A DNA stretch of 64,000 bases. It comes from an uncultured Gammaproteobacteria bacterium. Its GTDB lineage: Bacteria; Patescibacteriota; Microgenomatia; UBA10105; UBA927. Positions 54,172 through 64,000 of this stretch are shown piece after piece. A program made the position numbers and the translations under genes. Under the pieces are notes generated by a model. That model ran no database searches and was not told where the DNA came from. It saw nothing but the letters and a program-made list of their open reading frames with translations. Where the stretch lies: positions 644,801 to 708,800 of the forward strand of contig CAYGFH010000001.1 in the NCBI GenBank assembly GCA_964349125.1, written 5' to 3'. Positions within the stretch are counted from its first letter, which is position 1. Each line of letters opens with the position of its first letter.

Positions 54172-55992
54172 ATGTGTGGAATAGTCGGATTTTCAGGTGT
54201 AAAGGATACTGATAGGCTAATCTCATTACTTAGCTCGATTGAGCACCGAGGAAGAGATGAGCGGGTAGTATATGCTAAAAATGGAGTTAATTTGGGCATG
54301 AATCGATTAGCCATTGTCGATCTTACGCCCGGCATGTACCCAGTCAGATACAAGAATTATGTAATGGTCTATAACGGTGAAATATATAATTTCAAGTCAC
54401 TCCGTCGCGCATTAGAGCGTAGGAGCGTCTCTTTTACAACCGAGAGTGATGCTGAGGTGATTCTCCCGCTGTTTGACGCATATGGATACCGTGCATTTTC
54501 AATGCTTGAAGGAATGTTCGCAATTTGCATCGTTGATACCGGGAAAAATAAACTCATACTTGCGCGTGATAAATCCGGCGAAAAGCCGCTATATTATAGA
54601 CACAATAAGGCAGAGTTTCTGTTTGCCTCCGAGCTTAAAGTATTGCTACAAAGTGGCGAGCAAAATACGCTAAACGCTCCGCTATTGAACGAGTATCTTC
54701 GCCAGGGTTTTATGTTCGCGCCAAATACCATGATCAAAGAGGCAAAAAAGATTCCGCCTTCCGGGTATATCATATACGATCTTAAAAAAAAATCAGTCAC
54801 ACACGGCACATACTGGACGCCTCAAATCAATACAAAGCCTCCAGATTTCGTGGAGAGTGAAGATGCCGTGATTCGTAAGATAGATTCGCTATTGCATAAA
54901 GCGGTCAGTTCTAGGCTGGTATCAGATGTTCCCGTAGGGTGTTTTTTGAGTGGCGGAATAGATTCCAGTTTAATAGCACTTTTCGCCTCACAAAGATACC
55001 ACACACTTAGAACGTACTCCGTTGCATTTCCAGAGTGTGAACAGGAAGATGAATCCCGATTTTCACGATTTATTGCTGCGCGTATTAAATCTGAACATAC
55101 CGAGGTGATGTGCACTGCCACTGCCGTAGGAGAATTATTGCCAAGGATAGGAACCCTTGTAGATGACCCAATAGCTGACCCTGCCGTGTTGCCCACATTG
55201 CTACTCTCAAGAGAGGCTCGAAAACAAGTAAAAGTTGTGCTTACCGGTGAGGGCGCCGATGAATTATTTGGTGGATACCAGCGATATCAAAGAGAATTAT
55301 ATATAAATATGGCAAGAAGAATACTACAATCACGCAAAAACGTGATGAGTGCCGTACGTTGGCTATTTCCAACTCGCTTCAACAGTCTAAAACTCCCATT
55401 TGTTCAGGGATATAGCGCCCAGAAAATATGGAATACGAGAGAACTAAACCAATTCTTGATGAGGTCGCAGTCAGACATGATACCACATGACTATATGCGC
55501 ATGTTCGGTGTCTCTGATCCTCTTCTTGCTATGCAAATGACAGACTATCGTGGGTATATGGCAGAGCAATTGCTGATGAAAATAGATAAATCAACAATGG
55601 CCTCTAATCTAGAGGCACGTGCGCCATATCTCGATTATAATCTCATGCGTTTTGCATTTTCCCTCCCAAGGCAGTATAAACTGAGGATGCACACTGGAAA
55701 ATACATCTTAAAACAGGTTGCTAAAAAATATTTACCTCACACATTTGTACACAGAAAAAAACATGGATTTGAGCTCCCCCTCTCTGTGTGGTTTAGAGGA
55801 GAATTGCGAGAACATGTAGAAAAATCTGCTCGTCAGATAGAACAGTATGCAGATGTGTTTCACCCCGATATGTATAAACGAATCGTGGATGAACACTTGT
55901 GTGGTAGTCGTGATAATAGTGATAAAATATGGAGCATGATAGTGTTGCTTAGCTGGATGGATGCCCACCACATATCACATGAGTACAACTAA
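54172..55992 (+). CDS. asnB: asparagine synthase (glutamine-hydrolysing)-family amidotransferase
   Basis: 606 aa. N-terminal MCGIVGF nucleophile and PP-loop SGGIDSS. Confidence 0.85.
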   Translation: MCGIVGFSGVKDTDRLISLLSSIEHRGRDERVVYAKNGVNLGMNRLAIVDLTPGMYPVRYKNYVMVYNGEIYNFKSLRRALERRSVSFTTESDAEVILPLFDAYGYRAFSMLEGMFAICIVDTGKNKLILARDKSGEKPLYYRHNKAEFLFASELKVLLQSGEQNTLNAPLLNEYLRQGFMFAPNTMIKEAKKIPPSGYIIYDLKKKSVTHGTYWTPQINTKPPDFVESEDAVIRKIDSLLHKAVSSRLVSDVPVGCFLSGGIDSSLIALFASQRYHTLRTYSVAFPECEQEDESRFSRFIAARIKSEHTEVMCTATAVGELLPRIGTLVDDPIADPAVLPTLLLSREARKQVKVVLTGEGADELFGGYQRYQRELYINMARRILQSRKNVMSAVRWLFPTRFNSLKLPFVQGYSAQKIWNTRELNQFLMRSQSDMIPHDYMRMFGVSDPLLAMQMTDYRGYMAEQLLMKIDKSTMASNLEARAPYLDYNLMRFAFSLPRQYKLRMHTGKYILKQVAKKYLPHTFVHRKKHGFELPLSVWFRGELREHVEKSARQIEQYADVFHPDMYKRIVDEHLCGSRDNSDKIWSMIVLLSWMDAHHISHEYN

Positions 55993-57076
55993 GAAAATAT
56001 GTATATTGTATTGGGATCTGGGTTTAGGTGGCATTCAAAAACGGATTAAAGATCTCGTGAGGGCCATGTCTGTTAGATATCCCGCATACGAGATTCATGT
56101 GTTACTCAGACGAAAGCTCTTGGCGGGATTTGACGAACAGGTTAAAAATACCCCGAGAGTATTCGTTCACTACTATCCGTTCACAGGAACAATCCGTCCT
56201 CCTCTTGGTTTTATATTCTGGATTGCCTGGATGTATATATATCTCTCTCCTCAGGTGATCCTGACTTTTCAGGCACTCCTCTCGTCGGTAGTTGTGCTAT
56301 GTAGATATGTATTCTTTTGGATTCATTCAAGACTGGTTATAAACGAGGGCGCCGTCACATCAAACGCTCTCAAAATTGACAACATTTCACACCTCGGGCT
56401 CCTTGTCCGGATTTTCTATAAATTTGCAGACACTATTATTGTCCCCACGATTGCATGCCGAGACGATTTAATTTCAAAATATCATATATCTCCGAAGAAA
56501 TTGAAGCTGGTGCCAAACTGGACAATGTTTCCACCGCAGGCTCCCCTCAAGTCACTCTACGATATCATCTACATCGGTCGTTTTAGCAATGAAAAAAACC
56601 CTATGGAAACGATACAGCTCGTACGAAAACTATTACTTCGATATCCCGCGCTTAAGGTTGCCATGATTGGAGATGGGTATTTACGCGCACAGCTGCAGGC
56701 TGAAGTACGCCAATATGGCTTATTAGACACTGTGCATTTTTTCCAATCCTCAAACGATATTCAAAAATATATTCGGCACGCTAAGGTATTGTTCGTGCCA
56801 TCCCGCAATGAAGGGATGCCAAATGTGGTTTTAGAGGCTGCAATAAGCCAAGTGCCATCTGTGGTATCAGATTTTCCGGGGGCAAGAGAGGTAATTCAAC
56901 ACGGGGAAACAGGATATATCTACACCACACGAGAAGAAGCAATTGAGAGGGTTACGTTATTATTGCGACACAGTGCGCTGCGAAAAAAAATGGGAAAAGC
57001 AGCACAAAAAAATATCATAAAACGATACGGACAATTAACGCAACGAGCGTATATGAAAACGGTGCTAGCTCTGTGA
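55979..57076 (+). CDS. glycosyltransferase family 4
   Basis: About 365 aa from the internal Met. NEGMPNVVLEAAISQVP motif. The 5' end overlaps the asnB 3' end. Confidence 0.7.
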   Translation: MSTTKKICILYWDLGLGGIQKRIKDLVRAMSVRYPAYEIHVLLRRKLLAGFDEQVKNTPRVFVHYYPFTGTIRPPLGFIFWIAWMYIYLSPQVILTFQALLSSVVVLCRYVFFWIHSRLVINEGAVTSNALKIDNISHLGLLVRIFYKFADTIIVPTIACRDDLISKYHISPKKLKLVPNWTMFPPQAPLKSLYDIIYIGRFSNEKNPMETIQLVRKLLLRYPALKVAMIGDGYLRAQLQAEVRQYGLLDTVHFFQSSNDIQKYIRHAKVLFVPSRNEGMPNVVLEAAISQVPSVVSDFPGAREVIQHGETGYIYTTREEAIERVTLLLRHSALRKKMGKAAQKNIIKRYGQLTQRAYMKTVLAL

Positions 57077-58066
57077 CAAGGGTGTTTTTTTAGCTCTGCC
57101 AACCAGGCCGTTATATCCAGTCTGAATGGATATATTTGAAAGTCCAGCATCCGTATGCCAACGCCTGAATTCAGTGTAGGTTTGAGGCGTATCATATGTT
57201 GGGGATAGCATGTCCATCGTGTCAAGATAGGCCCATTCTCGTAGCGCTTCATCGGTTGGTTGAGTGAGATCCCGAGAATGATCGGCAATGAGCAGCTTCC
57301 AATTTATTGTGGGTCCAATACGAGGAATTTTTCTGATGAGGGAAGCCAATGGCCACATGATGTCTATATATCTCTTAACCGCACGGTATAATGTGTGTGG
57401 AGCGATGCGGGTTGTAATTGGTCTGACCCAATACTTAGGCTCCAATACATATCGGTATATATTTTTTATATATATATCGCTCACAATTTCGCCACCAGGT
57501 GTTAGTGACGACAGCATATTTAAAAATGCTAACCGAGGATTTGGCGTATGTTGAAGTACTCCAAAGCAAAACACCTTATCAAAATATTCTGTTTGAAATG
57601 GCATCGCATACACATCCGCCTGGACTATAAGAAGATTTGGGTGTCTCCCATTGTGGAGATAATTCATGCTAACAGACTGAGAATAGTCAAAACTGACTAC
57701 GGTGGCACTAGTTTTTAACGCTTCTCTGGTGAACCTTCCGGATCCGCTCCCAACTTCAAGTATGTTTTGACCTTTAAGGGAATACGGCCAGCCTGTTTCA
57801 TGTACAAATCTCTTGTGCGACGATTTTTCTATCGCTGTATCATACTGGGTGTTGTGGTGCATACTCCATTCGAAGCTAAAACTCGCAGTATAACTATCTC
57901 CAGCAGTGAATCGTGGTACATATTGAATAATAGGATAAGATACACCGGACAGAGGTTCCACAAGAATACCCTCCTGTACCCTTTCTCCGTTTGCCCTTTT
58001 TTTAATAAGTTTCAGTGGCCTTTTTGTGACGGGACATCTCAAAATATGTAAGTGTTTCAAAAACAT
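57065..58066 (-). CDS. class I SAM-dependent methyltransferase
   Basis: 333 aa. Motif I ILEVGSGSGRFT and motif II (VFCFGVLQH). Confidence 0.65.
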   Translation of the reverse strand: MFLKHLHILRCPVTKRPLKLIKKRANGERVQEGILVEPLSGVSYPIIQYVPRFTAGDSYTASFSFEWSMHHNTQYDTAIEKSSHKRFVHETGWPYSLKGQNILEVGSGSGRFTREALKTSATVVSFDYSQSVSMNYLHNGRHPNLLIVQADVYAMPFQTEYFDKVFCFGVLQHTPNPRLAFLNMLSSLTPGGEIVSDIYIKNIYRYVLEPKYWVRPITTRIAPHTLYRAVKRYIDIMWPLASLIRKIPRIGPTINWKLLIADHSRDLTQPTDEALREWAYLDTMDMLSPTYDTPQTYTEFRRWHTDAGLSNISIQTGYNGLVGRAKKTPLSQS

Positions 58067-58191
58067 GTATGTATTATATAATAATCATATCTATCGCATC
58101 CCAATTTGGACAACCAGCGCAGCCCAAGTTGAAATTAGATGTATAAGCATCTGTTTGCTTCATATCTTTTGTCTGAATTAACACCAAAAAC

Positions 58192-59679
58192 ATGAACATA
58201 CACCGGCAAATAAAAGTACCGTATATATTATCTTTTTTATTGACTTGTGTAAGCATATGGCTACTTACAAAGATTCATTTATTCTACGTGCCCAACTCGG
58301 ACTTTATGAATTATCTCAATGTGGGGAGAAGAATGTTTATAAATCCAATGGACCCGGTTATAACAAGCGCGCCTTTATATCCGGTCATTATTTGGATTTT
58401 TGAAATACTTGTTCCGATAGAGTCTCCTGGTGTCATTATAGGAATAGTCTTTAACATCATTTGTTTTATAGCAACGTTATATGTCATGTGGATGCTTATA
58501 CGCCGGGTAATGTCACAACACGCCCTGATACCGGTAGTCCTTTTTGCTGTAAACCCCTTGTCCCTCTATGTCGTTTTGCAGCCGTCGAATTTACCACTGG
58601 CAGTTTTATTCGTATTTCTCGCAATCCTCACGCACAAACACAAGCCTATATACTCCTTTTCCATGTTGTTTCTGGGCTCCATCACTAGAATTGAGGTTCT
58701 TGTGCTCTTTGCTATCATCATGCTTCATGATCTGTTCATATTACGAAAGAACAGGTGTCCAAAAGGCTTATTGATCTTATTTATTCTGTTGTTTGCGTGG
58801 TATGCTCGGCCGGTTATGCCACACGATAATTACGTATCTGAAATTTCGCATAGGCTAATTGAATTACCAAACCTGGCATTTATTCGCAATTCAGTGCTTC
58901 GGGCTCCATTTTCTATTAATCTGTTAACATCCCATAAAATATTTGATTACACGTCGCCCGAATCATTTCTTGTGTTGATGCTGTTGTTTTGGCTATTTAT
59001 TGGCGCTCGGATTTATAAAAAAGAATCTCCGGAATATAGCACTATGACTAATAGCTTTATGCTGAGCTATGGACTGATCCACCTACTCTTTCCTGATAGA
59101 ACGATACGGTACAGTTTTCCACTTCTCCCTTTTGTATATGTGTTCTTATTCTTGCCGTTTCGCGGCGTATTTCGATTTCGCAAAACTGACTATACGGGGA
59201 TAATGCGATATGCGGTTATTTTCATTGCGTGTGGAATCGCAGTGCTGTCCTTTACGCACGGATCTACCTATACTAATGATCAACGATGGGATCGTGCAGA
59301 AAGAAGACTTGTTTCGGAATGGCTGAATACCTATATTCGTTCACCCAGCGTTGTGTACGCTTTTGAGCCATATGTGCATAGATATTACAATAAAAATAAT
59401 AATATACAGTATCACACAACCCACGATCAGTCAGCCTGGAAAAACGAATTATGCATGGAAAAAAGAGATGTATACATAATATTTGATAACCAAACTACAA
59501 GCTCCGGGTCATATTATGATCACATAAACGGCCTTGACTATTTTTTAGCTATGCAACAATCGACAGAGGCAATGAAGCAATTGAAAATTGTACACTCAAT
59601 CAAAGCAGGTCATCGCTATGCCAATGTATACAGATTTATAAATACATCTGAAGGCTGGTGTGGAAATTTCTTTAAATGA
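58192..59679 (+). CDS. polytopic membrane protein (GT-C / PMT-ArnT-like glycosyltransferase candidate)
   Basis: 495 aa. More than 10 TM helices in the first 350 aa and a soluble C-terminal domain. Confidence 0.4.
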   Translation: MNIHRQIKVPYILSFLLTCVSIWLLTKIHLFYVPNSDFMNYLNVGRRMFINPMDPVITSAPLYPVIIWIFEILVPIESPGVIIGIVFNIICFIATLYVMWMLIRRVMSQHALIPVVLFAVNPLSLYVVLQPSNLPLAVLFVFLAILTHKHKPIYSFSMLFLGSITRIEVLVLFAIIMLHDLFILRKNRCPKGLLILFILLFAWYARPVMPHDNYVSEISHRLIELPNLAFIRNSVLRAPFSINLLTSHKIFDYTSPESFLVLMLLFWLFIGARIYKKESPEYSTMTNSFMLSYGLIHLLFPDRTIRYSFPLLPFVYVFLFLPFRGVFRFRKTDYTGIMRYAVIFIACGIAVLSFTHGSTYTNDQRWDRAERRLVSEWLNTYIRSPSVVYAFEPYVHRYYNKNNNIQYHTTHDQSAWKNELCMEKRDVYIIFDNQTTSSGSYYDHINGLDYFLAMQQSTEAMKQLKIVHSIKAGHRYANVYRFINTSEGWCGNFFK

Positions 59680-60398
59680 TACAAAATCGAAAAAAAACTC
59701 GCACGAATATAGCAGTACTAATACCTGCGTATAATGAAGCTGCTTCTATAGCTCGTGTTGTTTCTGGCGTACTTCAAAATAGAAACATAGCGAAGTGCGT
59801 TGTCGTTGATGATGGATCGATAGACCACACGGGTGTAAATGCTCGTAAAGCAGGCGCATATGTTCTGAGAATGTCAAAAAATTCAGGTGCGGGAGCGGCT
59901 CTCAGAGCCGGACTTGCAGCCATAGTAAAAAGCAAGGTGGATTATATAATAACCCTGGATGCTGATGGTCAACACGATCCCGTATATATACCCCGCCTGC
60001 TAAATGGCATAAGCCAGAACAATGAATTCGTTATAGCCAGTAGGTATATTAAACAAACACCAAACAGCACACAGTATTTGCGAAGATTTGCAACAAAGAT
60101 AATTTCGATGGCCATAGAAAAAGCATATTCAGTCAAAGTGTCAGATCCCACTTCTGGATTTCGAATAATGACAAAAAGAGTAGCGCAGTTACTTTCAGGA
60201 GCGTATCCAACTCGGTTTTCGGAGCCGGAGATTATACTTTTGCTCATCAAAAATCATATTCAATTTTCCGAGATCTCCATACCTATGTCGCCTCGCCTTT
60301 ACGGGCGATCATCCATATCCTTTTTACGGGGCACCCTCATGTTTGCATACATACTGATTAAAATTATGAAATCATCTCTCGTGAAAGTCGTTGTATGA
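59676..60398 (+). CDS. glycosyltransferase family 2 (polyprenyl-phosphate sugar transferase-like)
   Basis: 240 aa. IAVLIPAYNEA...VVVDDGS..D.T and a DADGQHDP DxD-type motif. C-terminal amphipathic helix. Its start overlaps the upstream stop. Confidence 0.75.
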   Translation: MIQNRKKTRTNIAVLIPAYNEAASIARVVSGVLQNRNIAKCVVVDDGSIDHTGVNARKAGAYVLRMSKNSGAGAALRAGLAAIVKSKVDYIITLDADGQHDPVYIPRLLNGISQNNEFVIASRYIKQTPNSTQYLRRFATKIISMAIEKAYSVKVSDPTSGFRIMTKRVAQLLSGAYPTRFSEPEIILLLIKNHIQFSEISIPMSPRLYGRSSISFLRGTLMFAYILIKIMKSSLVKVVV

Positions 60399-61947
60399 GC
60401 ATATGAGGCACAATCGGTTCTCTACTTATCTACGCGAATCAAAATTATTTGGAGTTATGTTCGTTCTATTACTATTTTGTACGTCCCTGGTTATAAGAAA
60501 CCCATATATAGGGAGATCATTTGGAGATCAACACGAGTGGGCCACAGCTCATACATTAATCGCTCTGGAAATATTACAATCAGAAGGAGCGATTCAAAAC
60601 GTATTCCGAAATATACAAACCTATCCGGGTGAAAACAACAAGCATATATGGTGGGTCACAACCAGGGTCATGGATGAACACGGCATAGGGTATTACACAT
60701 CCTATCCTCCATTTGCACTCATCTTCGCATATACAGTTTTTACCGTGTTATCAGTCCCATTTACGATTGCGTCGATAGAGATTTTCAATTTGATATTACA
60801 CGGTTCATCTGCGGCCATTTTGTATCTGATAGTGTATGAAATGGTTTCGTGTAAATCGAAAAATATATATGCAATCATTGGGGTTACATATTATATATTT
60901 TTACCGCTTCACTTGTGGGCGTTTCATAAAATATATTCTTGGGATATCCTTTGGCATTATTTTTGGATAGCAGAACTGTATGTTATGTTTAATCTTATTA
61001 AAAATATTGATATACACTCTGCTGTCACTACTTCACGGCTCACATATCTTTTAGGGTCTCTAAACTTTCTCACAATTTTTACTGAGTATCAGGGGGTCTA
61101 TTTTGCAATTGGCGCATTTGTGTTTGCTCTTGGTATGTCTCGTTATGACAAGCGGTATATTACAATAGCACGCACACTCGCGCTGTCAACATTTCTGTCA
61201 CTTACTATTACGTTTATGCAGCACGTGACTGTCACCGGTGTATTGCCATTTCTACACGTTGTATATCATAAACTGTTTGTTCAATATGGCACGTTAGGGA
61301 TGTCCACACAGGTTGGAAGCATATCAAGCATAGGTAAATATTTATATGCATATCTTTCTCCCCTGCTGCCAATCATAGTGTATTTGATTTTTCTCAGTTT
61401 CATATATAGAAATAGAAAAATATCTTTGGGGATTGGTATAGAAAAAGCGTTTGTGATGATATTATTTCTCCCCTCAGCACTGCATCTGATATTCTTTTTA
61501 CCTGATCACATTATTCATGAATTTACCTTATTAAAATTATCTATTGGCCTATCCATCATAATTCCATTGCTTTTATCTTATTATGATGTTTTTCTCGTGT
61601 CTAACACTACATTATTTCGATCAATCATATTGTTACTAGTAGCACAATCAATCGTCGCCTCCGTTGCGATCTACAAACGAGAATATGCACAACAACCCAA
61701 CCAAAATCGATACATGATATTAGGTAACCAGATTAAGAAACAACTACAGGCATCTGAAGTGGGGTTTATCAATGACACGAAATGTCTTAACCCGCAACTA
61801 ATTTATTTCACGAAAAGAAATCTCGCATATGCAGAGTCTTTGGATCAAGTCAATCAGTGGCTAGTACAACATAACAAGAAAAAAGGAAAGCTTTTTTCTC
61901 TGCGTGAGGGTTGCGTATTGGAATCAGTCGTACTGGTGAATAAATAG
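60391..61947 (+). CDS. polytopic membrane protein (GT-C-like)
   Basis: 518 aa, more than 12 TM. Overlaps the upstream gene by 8 nt. Confidence 0.4.
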   Translation: MYEHMRHNRFSTYLRESKLFGVMFVLLLFCTSLVIRNPYIGRSFGDQHEWATAHTLIALEILQSEGAIQNVFRNIQTYPGENNKHIWWVTTRVMDEHGIGYYTSYPPFALIFAYTVFTVLSVPFTIASIEIFNLILHGSSAAILYLIVYEMVSCKSKNIYAIIGVTYYIFLPLHLWAFHKIYSWDILWHYFWIAELYVMFNLIKNIDIHSAVTTSRLTYLLGSLNFLTIFTEYQGVYFAIGAFVFALGMSRYDKRYITIARTLALSTFLSLTITFMQHVTVTGVLPFLHVVYHKLFVQYGTLGMSTQVGSISSIGKYLYAYLSPLLPIIVYLIFLSFIYRNRKISLGIGIEKAFVMILFLPSALHLIFFLPDHIIHEFTLLKLSIGLSIIIPLLLSYYDVFLVSNTTLFRSIILLLVAQSIVASVAIYKREYAQQPNQNRYMILGNQIKKQLQASEVGFINDTKCLNPQLIYFTKRNLAYAESLDQVNQWLVQHNKKKGKLFSLREGCVLESVVLVNK

Positions 61948-61973
61948 GGGCGTTTCTATTCGCCGTGCAATTG

Positions 61974-63944
61974 TTATTTTTTTTCTACTATTTTAAAGAC
62001 TATATCAGAAGAAAAAATTGGTGTAGTGATAACACTTCTTTTTAGGTTAATTGTCTCACTATTTAATACAGATCCTGTCGCAGGATCAATCCATTGAATT
62101 TCGCTTCTCCCTGGAATTTCAACGGAGATTTCCGACGGTTGTTCTATGGGATGTATTACTCTTCGAGATATGTATCCGTATATTATATTTCCGGATTTTA
62201 TTGAATATACAGTATCTTTTTCATTTGATGATGTTGCAGTATGTTTGACCAGAGAATCTCCAATGTCCGCAATGGTCTTTGAGAAAACCTCTACATATTT
62301 TCGTTCAAGCGGCCCTATATATATATTTGATGGCCCATCCTTATTCTCAAACAGCTTGCTCGGCATCCCCCAAACAATAAATGAGTTTTTCTCAAAGAAA
62401 TTAATCCATAGTCTCATGCGATATCGTATCCCGGAATATTCATCCCAGCTGCCATAGCTATTTCCCTGCTCGCTTACCACTATGGGTTTTTTATACGATT
62501 CAAAAGGCAAAAATTGCCGTCTATAATCCTCTTCGCAGTATTCGTTGCACTCCCCTGGATACCAATGAAAAGAAATTATCTCGATTTCATCCAAATGAGG
62601 TTTTTCCCAACTGGTCGTAATAGGGTGTTTATATGGATCAATAGAACGGAGATACTGTGCCATATAGACAACAAGCGAATCTGGTAATCGAATCTCATTT
62701 GTTAGTTCCCATACATCTACATAGCTTGCATATCTGGCGACTATATAGTCGATATAACTGCGGAGTATATCCTGTTGTTTGTGTAGCGGTAATGTGGTGT
62801 CAAAGGGAAGCGAAAAACTTAATAGACTCATCCAAATGTGCTGATTATGTTCTCGCAGCATGCGGAACATCTTATCAAGATATGTTCCGTTATTGATTTT
62901 ATATACATTTCCTTTTTCTGACAATAAATCCCAGAGCTGAAAACTACAGTTGCTGTCTCCCCATCGGAATATATTGAACCCACTTTTTTCATGTGTCTCT
63001 AAAAAAGACTCAAAGCTGGTAGTTGGGTACGAACCATCATGAGATGATACCACGCGTATATCAGTATTGAGTGGCCATTGGTTTAACGGATCCCCATCTT
63101 GGTTTAAGTCATTCACACACGTCTGAATTCCAATGGGAATAAAAATAGAACCGGACTCATCTGTAAAGAGTTTTGCATCTGTCTTTGAGAGTGATATGAA
63201 ACCAATATCTGTCGAATTAATAACTAAAAATGTCCCGATTTTTTGAGGAGATATAGCTCCTTCAATTTTCCATTTCCAAAGACCTGTGATGTTTGGAGTG
63301 AATCTCAATTTCCAGTGCTCATGATCATAGTAAAAGGCTTGTATCCGATACTCTTTTCCTTTTGGATCGATAATCAGGGCGTGTACATTGATATCAGCAT
63401 ATTTATTCGCATAGGATGACTCATCCTGTAGTATATCTATTTCAAATAAACTATTTCGTTCAACTACATTTCTTTGGGCGGTAATGGTCGCAGGCTTTCT
63501 CGTGTTGATATACGCGCCGATTTGCGGGAAAAAACGAACAAGAGCAAGTACCTGTTCACGTGCCTTTTCGTATGTTGTCATCGTGCTCTCCGCGTTTCTT
63601 ATATCGGAGTCAGAAAAAAATGTATACTTTGCTTCTGGGTTAATCATCGTAACGCTTGTATTATCCTTGGAAGTAAAAAACATATTATTCCTATGTATTT
63701 TAATGCTTACTTCATTAATGTTTTTAGAATGATACGTCCACCTAACATGACCATTTACAGACTCAACAAACGTAAGGAAAATTTCCGTATCATCCTTCGA
63801 AACTATATATATCCCACTTGTTGAATAAAAAGAATTTAGTATAGTTCTCCCAACTTTTGCGCACCATATCGGCTTTCCCTCATAAGTTATTGCACATTGC
63901 GCCTGAGATCCGATAATATAGACGTGTTTGGAATCGTGTTGCAC
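61974..63944 (-). CDS. putative glycoside hydrolase (TIM-barrel GH5-like with N-terminal Ig-like domain)
   Basis: 656 aa. VDVWELTNEIRLPD resembles the NEP catalytic acid/base block of GH5-type barrels. The N-terminal ~250 aa are beta-rich. Confidence 0.4.
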   Translation of the reverse strand: MQHDSKHVYIIGSQAQCAITYEGKPIWCAKVGRTILNSFYSTSGIYIVSKDDTEIFLTFVESVNGHVRWTYHSKNINEVSIKIHRNNMFFTSKDNTSVTMINPEAKYTFFSDSDIRNAESTMTTYEKAREQVLALVRFFPQIGAYINTRKPATITAQRNVVERNSLFEIDILQDESSYANKYADINVHALIIDPKGKEYRIQAFYYDHEHWKLRFTPNITGLWKWKIEGAISPQKIGTFLVINSTDIGFISLSKTDAKLFTDESGSIFIPIGIQTCVNDLNQDGDPLNQWPLNTDIRVVSSHDGSYPTTSFESFLETHEKSGFNIFRWGDSNCSFQLWDLLSEKGNVYKINNGTYLDKMFRMLREHNQHIWMSLLSFSLPFDTTLPLHKQQDILRSYIDYIVARYASYVDVWELTNEIRLPDSLVVYMAQYLRSIDPYKHPITTSWEKPHLDEIEIISFHWYPGECNEYCEEDYRRQFLPFESYKKPIVVSEQGNSYGSWDEYSGIRYRMRLWINFFEKNSFIVWGMPSKLFENKDGPSNIYIGPLERKYVEVFSKTIADIGDSLVKHTATSSNEKDTVYSIKSGNIIYGYISRRVIHPIEQPSEISVEIPGRSEIQWIDPATGSVLNSETINLKRSVITTPIFSSDIVFKIVEKK

Positions 63945-64000
63945 GGAATACGATTGATTATGGGCAAATGATTGCGTCCAGAGTACAGTGCCAGTATCTC

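Overview
This is a 64-kb chromosomal window from a small, low-to-moderate-GC bacterial genome. The gene content suggests a reduced-genome lineage such as Patescibacteria/CPR, but that is an inference. The window spans the replication origin: dnaA (46540-47943, minus) and dnaN (45237-46340, minus) are flanked by two clusters of TGTGGATAA DnaA boxes.

Three things stand out.

(1) A dispersed, chromosomally embedded type IV secretion-like apparatus.
- Two VirB2/TrbC-like pilin paralogs sit at 16.5-17.4 kb.
- A tandem array of six more pilin paralogs sits at 26.9-29.3 kb, divergent from an ECF sigma/anti-sigma pair.
- Downstream are a TrbL/VirB6-like polytopic protein and a 1365-aa giant protein with no recognisable domain and a C-terminal membrane anchor.
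- A VirD4/TraG-like ATPase with a non-canonical N-terminus follows.
- Then comes a PrgI/VirB3-like protein with a long Pro/Gln-rich extension, and a VirB4 ATPase that appears split by a single in-frame TAG.
- A 770-aa membrane-associated M23 peptidase and a further secreted protein complete the set.
- nadD lies inside the locus and the origin is adjacent. No integrase or relaxase is visible.

(2) A contiguous archaeal-type mevalonate pathway operon (17.4-25.3 kb), read from the minus strand: class-I HMG-CoA reductase, HMG-CoA synthase, thiolase, a DUF35 OB-fold scaffold, mevalonate kinase, a second GHMP kinase fused to a Nudix/IDI-like domain, diphosphomevalonate decarboxylase and uppS.

(3) A surface-glycan locus (48-64 kb) with a radical SAM enzyme, three GT4 and one GT2 glycosyltransferases, an epimerase, an AsnB-type amidotransferase, a methyltransferase, polytopic GT-C-like proteins and a GH-like hydrolase.

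RNA genes missing from the ORF track:
- a tmRNA (10977-11395, minus) next to smpB;
- seven tRNAs: five Ser isoacceptors and two Arg;
- two of these have unusual wobble bases: a Ser-type tRNA with anticodon ACU and an Arg tRNA with anticodon GCG.

Small repeats and other items:
- a 14-bp x4.5 microsatellite inside a degenerate GIY-YIG gene;
- a 7-bp x4 microsatellite abutting the thiolase start codon;
- a 56-bp duplicated hairpin element beside tRNA-Arg;
- a possibly frameshifted GT-C membrane protein.

All calls are made by eye from the six-frame translations and sequence motifs. No database search was run.
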